From positions 100,628,001 to 100,692,000 of the forward strand of contig NC_087437.1 in assembly GCF_036321535.1 (NCBI RefSeq): DNA of 64,000 nucleotides. The letters are read 5' to 3'. Source of the stretch: Camelus dromedarius. Its lineage: Eukaryota. The translations under genes were made by a program, and so were the position numbers. The notes under the pieces are model-generated. The model saw only the letters and a program-made list of their open reading frames with translations, searched no databases and was not told the origin of the DNA. This document shows positions 23,791-37,125 of this stretch, one piece after another; positions within the stretch are counted from its first letter, which is position 1; every line of letters starts with the position of its first letter.

Positions 23791-24499
23791 CCTTCTTTCC
23801 ACCTTGATTGGAAACAGAAGTCTTGTTATGTGTTATCTTGAGTAAACATTTAAAGTAGTGTTGGAAAACTTTTCTAATTGATGTCTGTTACTTGAGATTA
23901 TAAGTATGTCCCTTCTTTATGAAAATAAACTATTATTTGATTTGGCAAGGGAAAAAGTAACTTCAACAAAGTTCTCCTAAAATTATTAGAACTTTAATAT
24001 TAGCCAAGATCCTGGGTAGGATTCTTTCTGTTGTAAATATTACTATTTGTGGCACCTTGAGCAATATTGTTTTCCCATATCCAACCATTATCAATAGTAT
24101 TTTATCTATGCGAAGACCACAAATTTCTGAAAACCAAAGAACAAGAAATTTTGGGATGATTGATATTCTAGAAGGTTAGTGCTTTCAACAAAGACACAAG
24201 AACGTGGTAAAATTGCTTTCTAGAGACTGTAGCTTTTCATATTTAGCATCTGTTCAGAATATTAGAGGGTGGGAATAATAAAGCACTTTGTTTTTACCCC
24301 AGTATTGAATTAAAACCAGCTAAATTAAAACCAGCTAAATGCTGATACTTAGGAATTGTATCTATCAAACTATTCAGTGTCTTGGAGGGAGATTTAACTG
24401 ACACTCAAGTAAATAGGGAATAGGGCCAAGTAAAACCTGTGTACTTTCATTTTTAGAAAGTTTTAGTAATAAAATTTCACTTTATTAGCAGGAATAGAT

Positions 24500-25400
24500 G
24501 TTACAAATGGGGAACTCTCAAATGTATTTTAAAATAAAGACAGGAAGCATATCTTGAAATGGTAGATGAAGAACATTCTTTTGAAATGATCCATAATGGT
24601 AGTCAGAAAGAAATATTAGAAAAGTATCATCTTTTGAAGCACAAAGATGTTCTAGCCTCTATTAAACAGAAATGGAAAGTCATTAGGAGAATAGGGGTTG
24701 AAGTGGAAAGGTAAAATGATGCTGGAAGGGGCAATGAAGATTTTAAGGGTATAGTGAAGAGTACAATTGATACCATGGAAGAATTAAATCAGTGATGGAG
24801 TGCATCATTTATAGAAGCTCTCCAAGACTGGAGAGAATAAGAGTAAAGGTATAAAAAAAATGTGTGTAAATAAAGATATATGGAAAAACATAACATGTGG
24901 AATGCTTGATAATTGTAGGATATCTGACATAAACATTACAACACTTAGCAGCAATAACCAGAGTCTTAAGTGAGGAAAGTACACTAACATTGAAAAAAAT
25001 TAGTACAAATTGAGAATTTATTTTCAATCTATGTAAAATCAGTGACTCAAGTCTACATCCAGATGCAGCCTTACAAAATCTTTGAAAATAAAAATTGGAA
25101 AAGCATCTAGCACCTCCTTCTTTGGGGAAAAGTTATTAGGTTATTTCATCAAAAGGACAAAAAGAAATTCTAGCCTCAGACTTCTCCTCAATATTAAACG
25201 CTACAATAAAGTGGAATTAAAGTGATAGAAGTTTAACGGGGAAAACTTGAAATGCTAAATTTTGCATTTAGCCAAGTTATCTTAAATGTTTTTGAACAAC
25301 AGAAATGCATTCTCAATTATCCAAAGGTTCAGAAGATATACCTCACATCTAAATTAAACAAAAATAAATCTTAAATTTTAACTTCAGGCATATGAATGAT
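24500..25400 (+). mobile_element. HAL1/L1 ORF1-like decayed fragment
   Basis: A-rich; ctagcctcagacttctc and tttagccaagttatc motifs typical of the ORF1 C-terminal region. Confidence 0.55.
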
Positions 25401-28394
25401 CAATAAAAATTACAAATTCAAAGAAAGTAGGAATCATGATAGAAATTCATTATGGCATTCCTTTAGTCAATTTTAGGAAGCCAGTTGGATATTGTAGTTT
25501 TGGTTGAATTCTATATAATAGAGATGAAAATTTTCTATGATATTTCACTGATTTGTTGTTTTGCCAATCTGCTCTATTTCCAGAGACAAGGATGAGTATT
25601 TCTTTGCTGCATTACTCAAATCCAGTTTAATAGAATCTCTTCTTATGTTTGATGACTACCTCAAGTAAGGGGCGAAATACCTGCCAACAATCACTAAGTT
25701 ACTTAACACTGTTGGGAGACTGCTTGGAAAATCACCGAACACACACACTTCAGAGTAGAGTTGCAAAGAACAATTTAATGGCCACTGGATGTTTCCTGGC
25801 TAGTTTATCATTTAAAATGAATGTAAAATAACTTAATGATGTAAGTTTTGGAGAATTTTAGATATGGGGGCTAACATCAATCATGCATCCCATGTTCGTG
25901 TTATCTTACAGGTAGAACTTTTGAATAGTCTGTTAGTGATGCTTATAAATCAGAATCTAAAATATGATCCTAGATATGGGAGCAAAATATTCTTGGATAA
26001 AGAGATCATAAGGAAATACCTATACAAATCTATGGTGGGCAGTGTCCAAAATGATGTCCTTGTTATGAATTCATGGTCCAAACTAAAATTTTCAGCCATA
26101 TTTTATCCCATTTGGGAATGACAGCTATTTGGTATAGTGATAATTCTGATTCGGACAATTCATAATGGTTGGGATTTATGCTGCACTGACATCAAGGGCA
26201 TACTAAATAATTCCTTTGTGTAAACACCTTGCAAATAAACCTGAGAGATTTACAACTATTATTTATTAATTCTTAGAGTATATTTATTTATTAAGATTGA
26301 TATCTTCCTAACATCTTAAGAAGAAATGTATTTTGCTTTTGTATGAGAATAGAATAGAAAGTGTAAATCTATAGTTGTAATGCTTAGGAGTGAGGGTACG
26401 GGTGAGGAGCAAAGGCCCCAAGTTCACAGAGTCCTATAGAAAATGATACAGGTTCCATGCAGGTCTCTGAATGCGAACACCGTATATAGATTCTGCTCCC
26501 CGCCCATTCTGAGCCCTTAAGAGTCTTCAAATTTAATCTAAGATTTTAATATTTAATCTTAATTTTATAATCACTTTTCATTAAAGCCAAAAATAGTCAT
26601 TAAAATGGGTTTTTGCCTGTGCTTACTGGGTTTCAGAGAATCTTGGCCCTTAAAATCTTGAACCTGCTCTTCTTATTTAGGATCTCCTTTATACCTTTTC
26701 TTATATGCTTGATCTAAATTTAGAAATAGTCAACTTTTTAATTCTATATCCATAGAACTCTAGAACTCTGAACTTGATATTGCCCACATAGCTTCCAGTT
26801 CTGTGTTTTGGCTCCTCAGAGAACTTGACTCTAAGTCACTCACTGTACCTCATTACTTATTGGAAAATCCCAACCCCTCATCCTCATCCCGATGCCCCCT
26901 CAAAACTCAATGTTGGTACATATCAGTTTTTTTTTCATTAATTAAAAAGTTGAAAGAACAATTAAAGACTTTGTGGATTAACCTTTAAGAAATTTGTGGT
27001 TTATTATTTTTCTGTTTAGCTCTAATGAAAGGGATTTGACATTTATGTAGGTTATCACCTTCCATTTAACATATATTGAGACAAATTATTCTTGTTTGGT
27101 TCCAAATTATCTTCCAAACATGGGCCAAGTTCATGGTCTTATTTTCTTTTACAAATCGATCACATCACACAAATAAGGATATGACTTTACTCAGAAAATT
27201 GTTTAAAAATAAGTATGTTATTTAATCATTCAAACAACTTACAAGAATGACTTCTTATCCCTTATATGTTAAGGAGCCTTATTTATTTTTGCTTATGAAA
27301 TGGCATATTCAAAAACAGTTTTTAAAGGAGCATGGTCATGCTAGCATTAGCAAAAACCCCAGAGTTCTTTATGTTTCACTATTCTTCCTGCATGTGAACT
27401 GCCTTTTTCTGAACCCTCATCTCTTATCCTTTCACACTTTATTGTCTTTATAAAAAGGAAGGAGACAACATACAAAATTAATTTAAGTAAAGTCTGCATT
27501 ACGACTGAAAGCCATTAACTGGCAGCCGTTTACCAAAGCACAGTCAAAAATCAATTTTAATTAGTATTTTTGGCTTTAATGAAAAGTGACCACAAAATTG
27601 GCATTTTAGCTAATACTGTTGAGATTTATGATGAGGTAATACTAATTAATTTTCTGTTGAATTGCTATGGGCCTTGAATATCTGCAATAAAATGATATGT
27701 TTGCTGATACCAGGGCTGCATCAGCATTTCAGTTTTATAACAAAAGGCTTCTTAGTGGTTTACAGGTATATTTCACACTACTTCTCCTAAGCTACAGAAT
27801 ATATTATTTTTTTTACATAAAAAGACTGTTATTAACAATCAAATTTCATACCATTTTATTAATTGAGGACATTTTATTTTAATGTATCTTGAATGTTAGC
27901 CAAAGAACCCTTTAATTTCAAATACAGCTTTCTTTTGGTGTTACAAGTGGTGTAGAAAGGACATGATATACTTTAGTTAGAGAACATTTAATGAATGATT
28001 TCTCTTTATTTCCTCACTTTTCCTCCTCTCTTAACTATGTTGGTAGTAAATTGCCTCCTAAACCTAGTTACATATTTTAGATCCATTTGAAAGCAGGAAA
28101 TAAAAAAGAGCCAAGCTTTACAATTCACTCTTGTCATTTGATTTGAGTTTCAAATGCTCTTCAGCTTGCTTTAACTGAGATTATTTCTTCCTCCCGCAAC
28201 TTTCATTTAAAGAAAAACTGCTGACTGCACTCTTTAATAATTATATAATTTTCCCTTACACTGAAAATCTTTATCCTTACATTCATTTTGTTTGACCTGT
28301 GATTAGAAAGTCATTGTATTCATTTGTTGTTGGCTGTCATACACAGACACAGGAGGCATAACCTAGACTCAATTACAAGAATAGCCTATGGAGA

Positions 28395-28590
28395 CAGAGG
28401 GATGGTGTTGGAATCCTGACTCCACCATTGCTTGGCTCTGGGGATTTGGGTAAATTACTTAACATCTTTAAGCCTCACTTTTCTCATCTGTACAAGGAAA
28501 TAACTATGTCCATGTCAAAATATATTTTGAGTATTAAAAATTTATAAATATCTTAATGTAAAACACTCAGTAAAATATCAATTGTTATTT
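28395..28590 (+). mobile_element. MIR SINE
   Basis: gaatcctgactccacca...ttgggtaaattacttaacatctttaagcctcacttttctcatctgta. Confidence 0.75.
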
Positions 28591-28829
28591 TGGAAATGAA
28601 ATTCTATTTGTTAAAGCATCAGCTTATTACTTACTGGAATGTGTATAAACTTGGGTTATATTTTATTTAGGATCCAAGTACAAATCATGAAGATATATTT
28701 TTGTAATCATAAAAATCTAAATATAACTTGAGTGAATCATTAATCAAAAATTCAAGATGATAAAAATTATAAATTAGAAACTATAAAGGCAGAATTATAG
28801 AATAGACTCAGTTATTTAACTGAGTCATC

Positions 28830-28960
28830 TAGTCCAGTCTTTTTTCTTTTAAAAATGAGTAAGCTAAGGCTCACAGAAGTTAAATGACTTGGTTAATGAT
28901 TCACAACTGGGTATCAGAGGAAGGGCTCAGTTAAGTCTATTCTAGTTGCAAATTTTATGA
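28830..28960 (-). mobile_element. MIR fragment
   Basis: atgagtaagctaaggctcacagaagttaaatgacttg. Confidence 0.6.
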
Positions 28961-29579
28961 TTCTTACACGTGTTTTTGTATGTCAAAGGAAGCAATATAA
29001 AACCTATCCACCACATATAGCAGTAACTGTATAAGAGAAAGCTACCTTATGTGGTTCAGATTTGGGTGATGTAACATAGGAAGCTGAATATTTAAAAACA
29101 AACAAACAAACAGTAGAAGTAGAAAAATGTTGCTTCTTCTCATTGCCTGAAGTGTTGGACAGCCTATCACAGGAGGCAATAGACAGTGCCCTAGAAGTTT
29201 TGGGGGGAAAGTATACACGTTTTAAGTATACATCTAAAATTAAAAAAAAATCCACAAACATCCCTGCTGAAAAGTAAAGGGGAATATTTTCTATCTTAAA
29301 GATTTTAGTTTTTATTCAGGAAGAAATATTTACTTTGTTCCCCCAAAAGAGTTTTCAGGGCATGGTACACACGTAAATACACATTTATTAATCAGGTTCT
29401 GAATAAATGGCTCTATTCTATCCACCTTCCTCTGAAAACGCTCTTCACCCCATATGATGATATGGCCTCATCTTTGGGACCCATGGGATGTATCACATGC
29501 CTCAGAACTATGGTGATAATAGCGTGTGCTCTTTGTGTGTTTGTTTGTCTCTTGTATGTTTTTGTGTGTGTGTTTGGTA

Positions 29580-29770
29580 CTATAGAATCATAGAATTCTA
29601 AGAAAGGAATATTAGGGATTATTTGCTCTAAAATCTTTATTTTGCAGATGAGGAATTCGAAGAATTGGAGGAGTTATAAAACTCACCATTATGATGCAGT
29701 CAATATGAACCTGGGACTACAGTTTAGGCAGTGTAAATCATAGCTGAGTGGTATTTCCTTTATTCCGTAT
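29580..29770 (-). mobile_element. MIR-family fragment
   Basis: tattttgcagatgaggaa core. Confidence 0.5.
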
Positions 29771-30346
29771 GTCCAGTAGTCTACCAATAAGTTCAACATT
29801 TGATTTAAAATGAGCATCACATCACATTACTAATATCATTTGATATTAGGAAGCTTCCATGTAAAATATTTTAAGAGAAAAATGCTCTTGAGAACAATGT
29901 GAAATAATGGAGATATGGATCTAGAGTGGTTGCTTGGGCATGAATATGCAGCACTGTTGAGTTTTTGATGCATTTATCAACCTTGGTCATTATGTAGTAT
30001 TTATCTGTATTGGTCTGGGAAGCTTTATTGTGGCAATGTATTTAGAGTTCATCAGTTTCTGGCCATTTTCTTTGTTAACTAAATTCAAAATAGTCTTATG
30101 CATTCACCAAAATGACAGTATTAAATTATAGTGAGTAATTTAACTTCTGAGTGAATAAATTACTCATTGCTACTTGGAGAAAAGTCTATATGGAAAGGCA
30201 AATTACAATTGTAAGATAGAATAATAGGTGTAGAGCAGGAGAAGTTGGTTGTATTCTTTTCATGATTCAAATCACTGAGATGATTGCTAGATGACTCCAT
30301 CTTCACTGCAGGAGTAAGTTGGTCTAGAATGCCAGATTACTCGTTG

Positions 30347-31357
30347 CAGGACTGACTTGAAGGTCACTTGACCTGTACAGTCACACAGGGCCCACATTCG
30401 AAGGGACCCACCCTTGGTTTAATGCTCTGCTGTTGCAGTCTTGAAATTCTTAATAATGTTATTCTTTGAACTTGTGTTTTATAAATGAAGTCGATGGAAC
30501 AATGGAACATGTCGGTGAGCATGTCTGTGATTCATGCATTATGTGTGTCTGCTCTTTCTTGCCACTCCTTTCTTATACTGTGTTCAAGATGCTCTGTGAG
30601 CATAGAATTCCGTTGGACTTCTGTGTCTGGGAGTTCAGAGAGCCTTAAAGCTTGTTACTTGTACTGAGTAAGCAGGGTGCTGACAGCCCACAAAGCCATG
30701 CTTTTTGTTCTAACCAGAGCATGCTTAGAAAGCAGAAAGAACACACTGGTGTGATGAGAAACACAAGTGACCAAGGAAGCCTATTATATTCTTTATTACT
30801 CATTTTACTTCCTTGCATTAGCCAACTTCTTATGATGAAAATGATGACACAGAAGGTAAAGGAAAGAGCAACCTATAAGTCCTTTTCCTTTCAGTCCACT
30901 TTTTTACTCACCAGTAAGCCAAAGATAGAAAGTGTTAATAAAATGTGTATATATTTATAAGTAAAATAAAAACAGTTGAGTTAGTTTTCTGCTGTTTCCA
31001 CTTTTCTGGTAAGAATGAAATACACATGCATATATGAGCCCCAAAATATAAATTGTGTAATTTTGATGATTTAACGTACCAGTTAAACACTCTCATATTT
31101 GCATTTAAAACTAACATTGCACATTATCAAGATAAATGGTAAAATTCACATTAGTAACTTAAAATATTAATTTTTATTCATTTAGAAAGATATTAAACAT
31201 AAATAAAAACATCATAATAGTTGAGAGAGAGACTGCAGAATAAAAAAAAAAGGTCTGTTATTTTTTAGTACATTCCTGACACATTTCCTTGCCTTTCTAC
31301 AAGTGGTTTTGCATTTTCATTTTGCACTGGGCACAACAAATTATGTACCCAGTCCTG
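30347..31357. mobile_element. hAT-Tip100 DNA transposon (MER45B-like)
   Basis: Ends caggactg / cagtcctg; MER45 motifs ttggtttaatgctctgctgt and cattttcattttgcactggg; 8-bp TSD ACTCGTTG 30339-30346 / ACTCATTG 31358-31365. Confidence 0.9.
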
Positions 31358-32041
31358 ACTCATTGTGATCCTTAAGAGAGTAATCTGTCACATCCTGGAA
31401 ACATGCTATTATTTTATTGTTTTTATGACTTCTCATTTTCTGGATTTCAAATAGATTATCTTTCTATAGACAGAAGATAAAAAAAGACTTTTTCTTCTGT
31501 AGATAAATTGCAATATAATTGATTAGATAATCTTTTATTATATCAATAATAACTCAGCCATATGTTTTTGAGATTGTGTCCTGGTCCTCTTAATTGGATT
31601 TTGATTTGATTTGTGAGTTAGCCTATCCCCAAGTTTACATCTCAGATGGCTAATTTTATTCTACTTCACGGAGTTGTTGTGGGTACTGTATTTGTGTATT
31701 CAGTAAATATTTACTGAGTAGCCATTTCATGCTGGGCATTCTGCTAGGTGCCAGGACTCAGCAGTGAGTAAGACAGATAGATTTTCTGCCCTCAGGGAGG
31801 TTTCACTTTAGAAAGGGAGACAAACAATAAGAAGTAGTTAACAGAACAAACCTCCCAGATTTAGATGCATTCTGTGATGAGAATAAACAGGTGATGAGGG
31901 GAAAAAAAGCAATGAGGAGAGGCCATTTTGGGTTGGATGGACAGAGTAAGGACAGTGTATAGTATATGAGGGAAGACCTGGATGATGAGTCAGAATTCTT
32001 AGAAGAGAGTGCTCCAAGCAGAGGAAACAAGAATTACAAAG

Positions 32042-32543
32042 ACCAAATGTCCATCAACAGATGAATAGATAAAGAAGATGTGGTATAAATATACAATGGA
32101 ATACTACTTAGCCATAAAAAAGGAATGAAATTCTGCCATTTGCAGCAAAGTGGATGGACCTAGAGATTACTATGCTTAGTGAACTAAGTCAGACAGAGAA
32201 AGATAAATATTTTATATCATTTGTATGTGGACTCTAAAAAATAAAACAAATGAATATATATGCAAGACAAAAACAGACTCACAGATACAGAAAACAAACT
32301 AGTGGTTACCAAGGGGAGGGGAGGAGATAGGGGCAAATTAGGAGTATGCAATTAAGTGATACAAACTACTATGTATAAAATAGATTAGCAACATGGATAT
32401 ATTATACAGCACAGAGAATTATAACCATTATCTATCTTGTAACAACTTTTAATGGAGTATAATCTCTGAAAATACTGAATCACTATGCTATAAACCTGAG
32501 ACTAATCTAATATTATAAGTCAACTATACTTCAACTTAAAAAA
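32042..32543 (+). mobile_element. 5'-truncated L1 3' end
   Basis: aaatgtccatcaacagatgaatagataaagaagatgtgg...caactatacttcaa plus A tail; 13-bp TSD AAGAATTACAAAG 32029-32041 / 32544-32556. Confidence 0.92.
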
Positions 32544-32579
32544 AAGAATTACAAAGGACTAAAAATGAAAAACCCTTGG

Positions 32580-33018
32580 TATAGTGAGTTGAATGGTGGC
32601 CTCCAAAAAGATAAGTTATAGCCCAGAACCTATGAACGTGACCTTATTTAGAAAAGGAGTCTTTGCAGATGTAATTAAGTTAAAGGTCTTGACATGAGGT
32701 CATCTTGGATTAGCTGTGTGGGCCATGAATCTGGTGTAAAGTGTCCCTCCAACAGACAGAGAGATGACAGAGACCCAGAGGAGAAGGCCATGTGAGGGCA
32801 GAGGCTGGTGTTGGGGCTAAACTGCCAGAATCCCAGGGCTACCTGGGGTTACCAGAGCCAGAAAGAGGCAGGGAAAGATTCTCTCCTAGAGCCTTCAGAG
32901 GAAGCATGGCCATTGCTTTTGAGCTTCTGGCCTCCAAAACTGTGAGAGAATAAACTTCGGTTGTTTTAAGACACTCATTCATGGCAAATTGTTTTGGCAG
33001 CCCCAGGAAACTAATACA
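32580..33018 (+). mobile_element. MaLR LTR (MLT1C-like)
   Basis: gtctttgcagatgtaattaag...ggcagccccaggaaactaataca; 5-bp TSD CTTGG 32575-32579 / 33019-33023. Confidence 0.9.
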
Positions 33019-35874
33019 CTTGGCTTTTTTTTGAAGAACAGAGAGGAGATCACAAAGTGAGCAAGGTGATGGAGACTGAGAGATGAGAGAAGTGAACAGA
33101 GGCCAGATTCTGCAGGATTGGGTAAACCTTGGGAAGGAGCTGGGATTTTATTGTAGAGTCATGGGAAGTCATTGGTGGCTGGGTATCAAGCTAAAGTAGC
33201 TAGAGTATCATTTGTCTATGTTGAAAGTATAGTGCAAAATGTGGGCTGTCAGGTAGAGAGAGATAAATTGGAAGACTAGAATAGTTGACCAGGTGAGAGA
33301 TGATGGTGGCCCAGGCTGGTCTGGTTGTGCTAGAGATGGAGTGAGGGGGCCAGAACGAGATACATTTTGAGATAGAAATGGCTGGACTTGGTAATGGATT
33401 GGATGAGAGGAATCAAAGATGATTTCCAAGATTTTATTGCAAATAAATGGGTACTGGTAAAGTTGTTTACCAAAATGGCAATTACTAGTAGAGGAAAAGG
33501 TATCCACTGTTGAGGGTGGAAATCAGGAGTTCACTTAAGTCATAATTAAGGCTTAAAAATCCAGATGCTAATATTATTTAGGTAGCTTTAGTTGAGATAG
33601 TGTATACTAAAAGCCTGATTAATTGCACTTATATATTGCTCAAAAATAAATGCATCCTTCAACATTTAATGATGACTTGACTTTCTTAGTTTAGTTCTCA
33701 TAAGATAACCTTTTTATCTCTTGGAGACATCACTCCCCAGCTGCTGTCACTGCAGTAATTAGTTCTTGCCTTCATTTATTATTGGAGCAGACTAATGTTC
33801 TTTAAGGACCAGGTTGCAAGAGCTGAGCTAATTTTCATGTCTCCATATTTGATGTTTCTACACCAGTCCACAGATCAGAGAGTGTAATTGTAAGTTTAGG
33901 GCTAACTTGCACTGAAACATAGAGAGTGATTTCCCCCCAAGTAAGCAATTCCCTGAACTTCGTGATTTGCTTGAGTGCTTAATCCACCAACTAGAGGAAA
34001 TGCAGGAATCAACTTTTTGCCCAAACTCTACTTTAATCTTGGCTCAAGAAGCCTGAAAATCTGGGCTTACAGATGCTCTTTCTAACCTTTCTCCATTTAA
34101 TCAATAATGACTCTGGCAGAAGAGAAAGTATATCTTATTTCCCTAACAGAGGCAGTTGAATATGGCCTAATTAGATTAACTGCACTACTATGATGCCATA
34201 GTGATAGGTGATATATGGGAGGCTTGGCAGTGATAATTGTGAGAAATATTATTTAATATAAAATGAAGGATACAGAGTCTGGAGGCCACAGCTATGAATA
34301 TGGTGTCCTCTTCCCCTCTCAAAATTTGAGTGTGTAGTTTTATATTAAAAATGGAATGTTTTCAGTTATTAAAATATGTTCAACTCCTTTCTATGGCTTC
34401 TAAGTTTATATACTAATACTTTAGATTGCTTGCATTATTTTTGCTTGGGCAAGAGATAGCAACGTAGCTCCTTTCTGGTCAGAGCAGGGAGGAATATACC
34501 ACCGACCCTTCCCACATTCACACTGCAGTAAATAGGAAACCAACAGTACTGGGGAAGGCCAGCGTGCCATGTTTTGACTGGAATCAGGCTCAGCCATTAT
34601 GTCTACAAAGAGTATGGGTAACTGATCTCCTTTTGGGGGAAACAGACATATTATGGAGAAAAATGGAGAAAAGCTACCAACTTGACCTCATGCCACCTGG
34701 TCTGACCTAAAGCACTTTGGTGGAAGGCAAATGTGATAAAAAATTTTTATGAGGCAACACAGTTTGAGTAGTGAGGACAAGAGGCCATTTAAAAAAAATG
34801 TGACATGTGTTCTATAACTCTAACCACCGATCTTAGGAAAATGGCCACCAACTCTTTCATTGTGTTAGGTGTGCTGTATCTCCATGGTCTGCAGGAAAAC
34901 ATAACACCTTTTCCTCTCATCCATTTAGGACGTTATGAACACTTACTATGTTCTCTGTATGGGTTAGTTGCACTTGACTGTTTGGAAGCTGTTTATGGAA
35001 GAAAGAGTTGACACTGCTAACTATGCAATCAGACAAAAGAGGCCAAATTAAAAATCTCTTTTTTCCTGAGGAAAAAAAAGGAGGAATTGACTTGCTTCTC
35101 TCAATAATAATGAAGTTTAATATTTTTTCCTGAAACTCTAAATAGGAGAAGTGAAGTTGTGAAGGAACTTGAAAATGTTTCTTGACATCTATTCAACACT
35201 GAAATTTTTGTGAAAAAAAATAAATTTTTTTTCCTTTGTAAAATGAGATAATTTCTGATGAGGTAACTTGGGTAGGAGAGAGAGAAATGATTAAGGGAAC
35301 TAGGTATGAAGATCCAAGTCTATGACTTCATAACCACATCTTATTTGGTGTATTTGTCTTCATATTCATGAATTAAAAAAAAATCCTAGACTTAAGTATA
35401 GGAGATAATAAGAGCTGAAGAATGTAACACCAAATGAAAACAAAAAGAAACAAATATTCTGAAGCCCATTAAACCCTATGGGCAAAAAAATGGCAAGATT
35501 TCTATATAAGTGTATTTAATCTGTGACAAACTCTGTTTATAATCTTTGAACTTGAATGGCATGCCAAGTGATAGAATCATGCTTTCAAATGAGTATGTTA
35601 CAGAAGCAAAATATTAGTCAAAGTTGTTATTTATGCAGATAAATAAGTTTGACCAATCATTGTGGAAAAATTTTGAAGCTTTCCAAATCCAAGTGGAAAA
35701 TTTTATCATTTATCTGTCTTTATTAACCAGATTGGCTAGATCATGAACAGATCTGGAATTCACAGGATGCTGTATTATGACTATGAGTTCAAGACCAAAC
35801 GTAACTCAAATAATTAACAATACTACTTAGGAATATAATGTAATTTATTTTCCTTCTTACATTTTAGTTCCAAT

Positions 35875-36269
35875 GATATTAGTTTGCTAGGGCTGCATAG
35901 CAAAGCATTACAGACTGGATGACTTAAACAACAGAAGTTTGTTTTCTTAAACTTCTGGGGGCCAGAAGTCCATTATCAAGGTGTTAGAAGGTTTGATTTG
36001 TCTGAGGCCTCTCTCTGTGGCTTGCGGACGGCCACCTTCTTGCTGTGCTCTCACATGGGCCTTTTTCTGTGTGCACGCATCTTCTGTGTCTAAATTTTCT
36101 CTTCTTATAAAGGACACCAGTCAGAATGGATTAGATCCCTCCTTAATGGCCTTATTTCAACTTGTTCACCTCCTTAAAGACCTTCTCTTCCAACATGGTT
36201 ACATTTGAGGTACGAGGAGTTAGGACTTTAACATATGAATTTTGGGGAGACACAGTTTAGCCCATAACA
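35875..36269 (-). mobile_element. MaLR LTR (MLT1B-like)
   Basis: tattagtttgctagggctgc...acttaaacaacagaa...gacacagtttagcccataaca. Confidence 0.85.
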
Positions 36270-36277
36270 TCAATGGA

Positions 36278-37125
36278 ATTCACACATCTACCAATATTGA
36301 CTGAGCCCCTATTAGGAATCAGCACTGAGCAGGGCACAGATGATACAGTAGTGATGGGGCCTCTACCTTCATGAAGCTAACAGTTTAGTAGAAGAGAAAA
36401 AGTCAGTTAAGAGTTAAGCAAACAAGCAGCTACATATTTATAGATGATGATAAGTGCTATGAAGGTAACAGATGTGATGAAGATCAATAGGGTGAGTGGG
36501 GGGGAAGTTGTGGGAAACCTGCCTAGATGGGATCCTGAGGAAAAGCACCCACGGAGGGGCAATTTCTTTGAGGTGTGAGAGGCTGTATTTGAACAGCTGA
36601 AAAGCGGTCGAGGTGGTTGAAGCATAATGAATAAAGAGTTGTGAAATGAGACTGGATAGAGGGCCATTAGGTATTTGGATTTGTATGGCTTTGTAGGCCT
36701 CCAGAAGGAGTCTGGGTTTTATTTGAATTGCAGAATGAAGCCCTTGAACATGTTAAAACCAGAAAAGATTTCTGTTTTGAAAACCTTACCCTGGCTGCTG
36801 TGGTGTGGAAGGGATAGAGTAGACACAGGGAACCCATTTAAAGGCAGTAAATTCTTAGGGCAGAGGATGAAGGTAGCAGCAGGGAAGACGAGGGAAGTAG
36901 GTGGATCCAAGATATATCTGAAGGGTAGAAATGACAAGACTTGCAGACAAGTTGATGTGCAGAGTAAGGAGAGAGCAGAACCAAGAATGACTCCCAGGTT
37001 TGAACAGCTGAGTAGATGTTTATGCCATTTGCTATGAAAGAGCTAGGGGTTGAGGGGGTGGTTTACATAGAGAGTGGGCTTGGGAAGGGCGGTTGAGATC
37101 TAACAGTTTAGCTTTGTTCATTTTC
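36278..37125 (-). mobile_element. L2 LINE
   Basis: aatattgactgagcccctatt...ggcacagatgatacagtagtga and downstream L2 motifs. Confidence 0.7.

Larger units (their letters stand above)
31695..33540 (-). mobile_element. L2 LINE interrupted by L1 and MLT1C
   Basis: tattcagtaaatatttactgag...ctgggcattctgctaggtgc tail; L2 resumes at 33024. Confidence 0.75.

Noticed and set aside
30132..30166. 11-bp perfect inverted repeat TGAGTAATTTA/TAAATTACTCA as a miRNA or terminator
   Set aside because: An AT-rich stem of this length is roughly expected once by chance in a window this size, and it is too short for a pre-miRNA.
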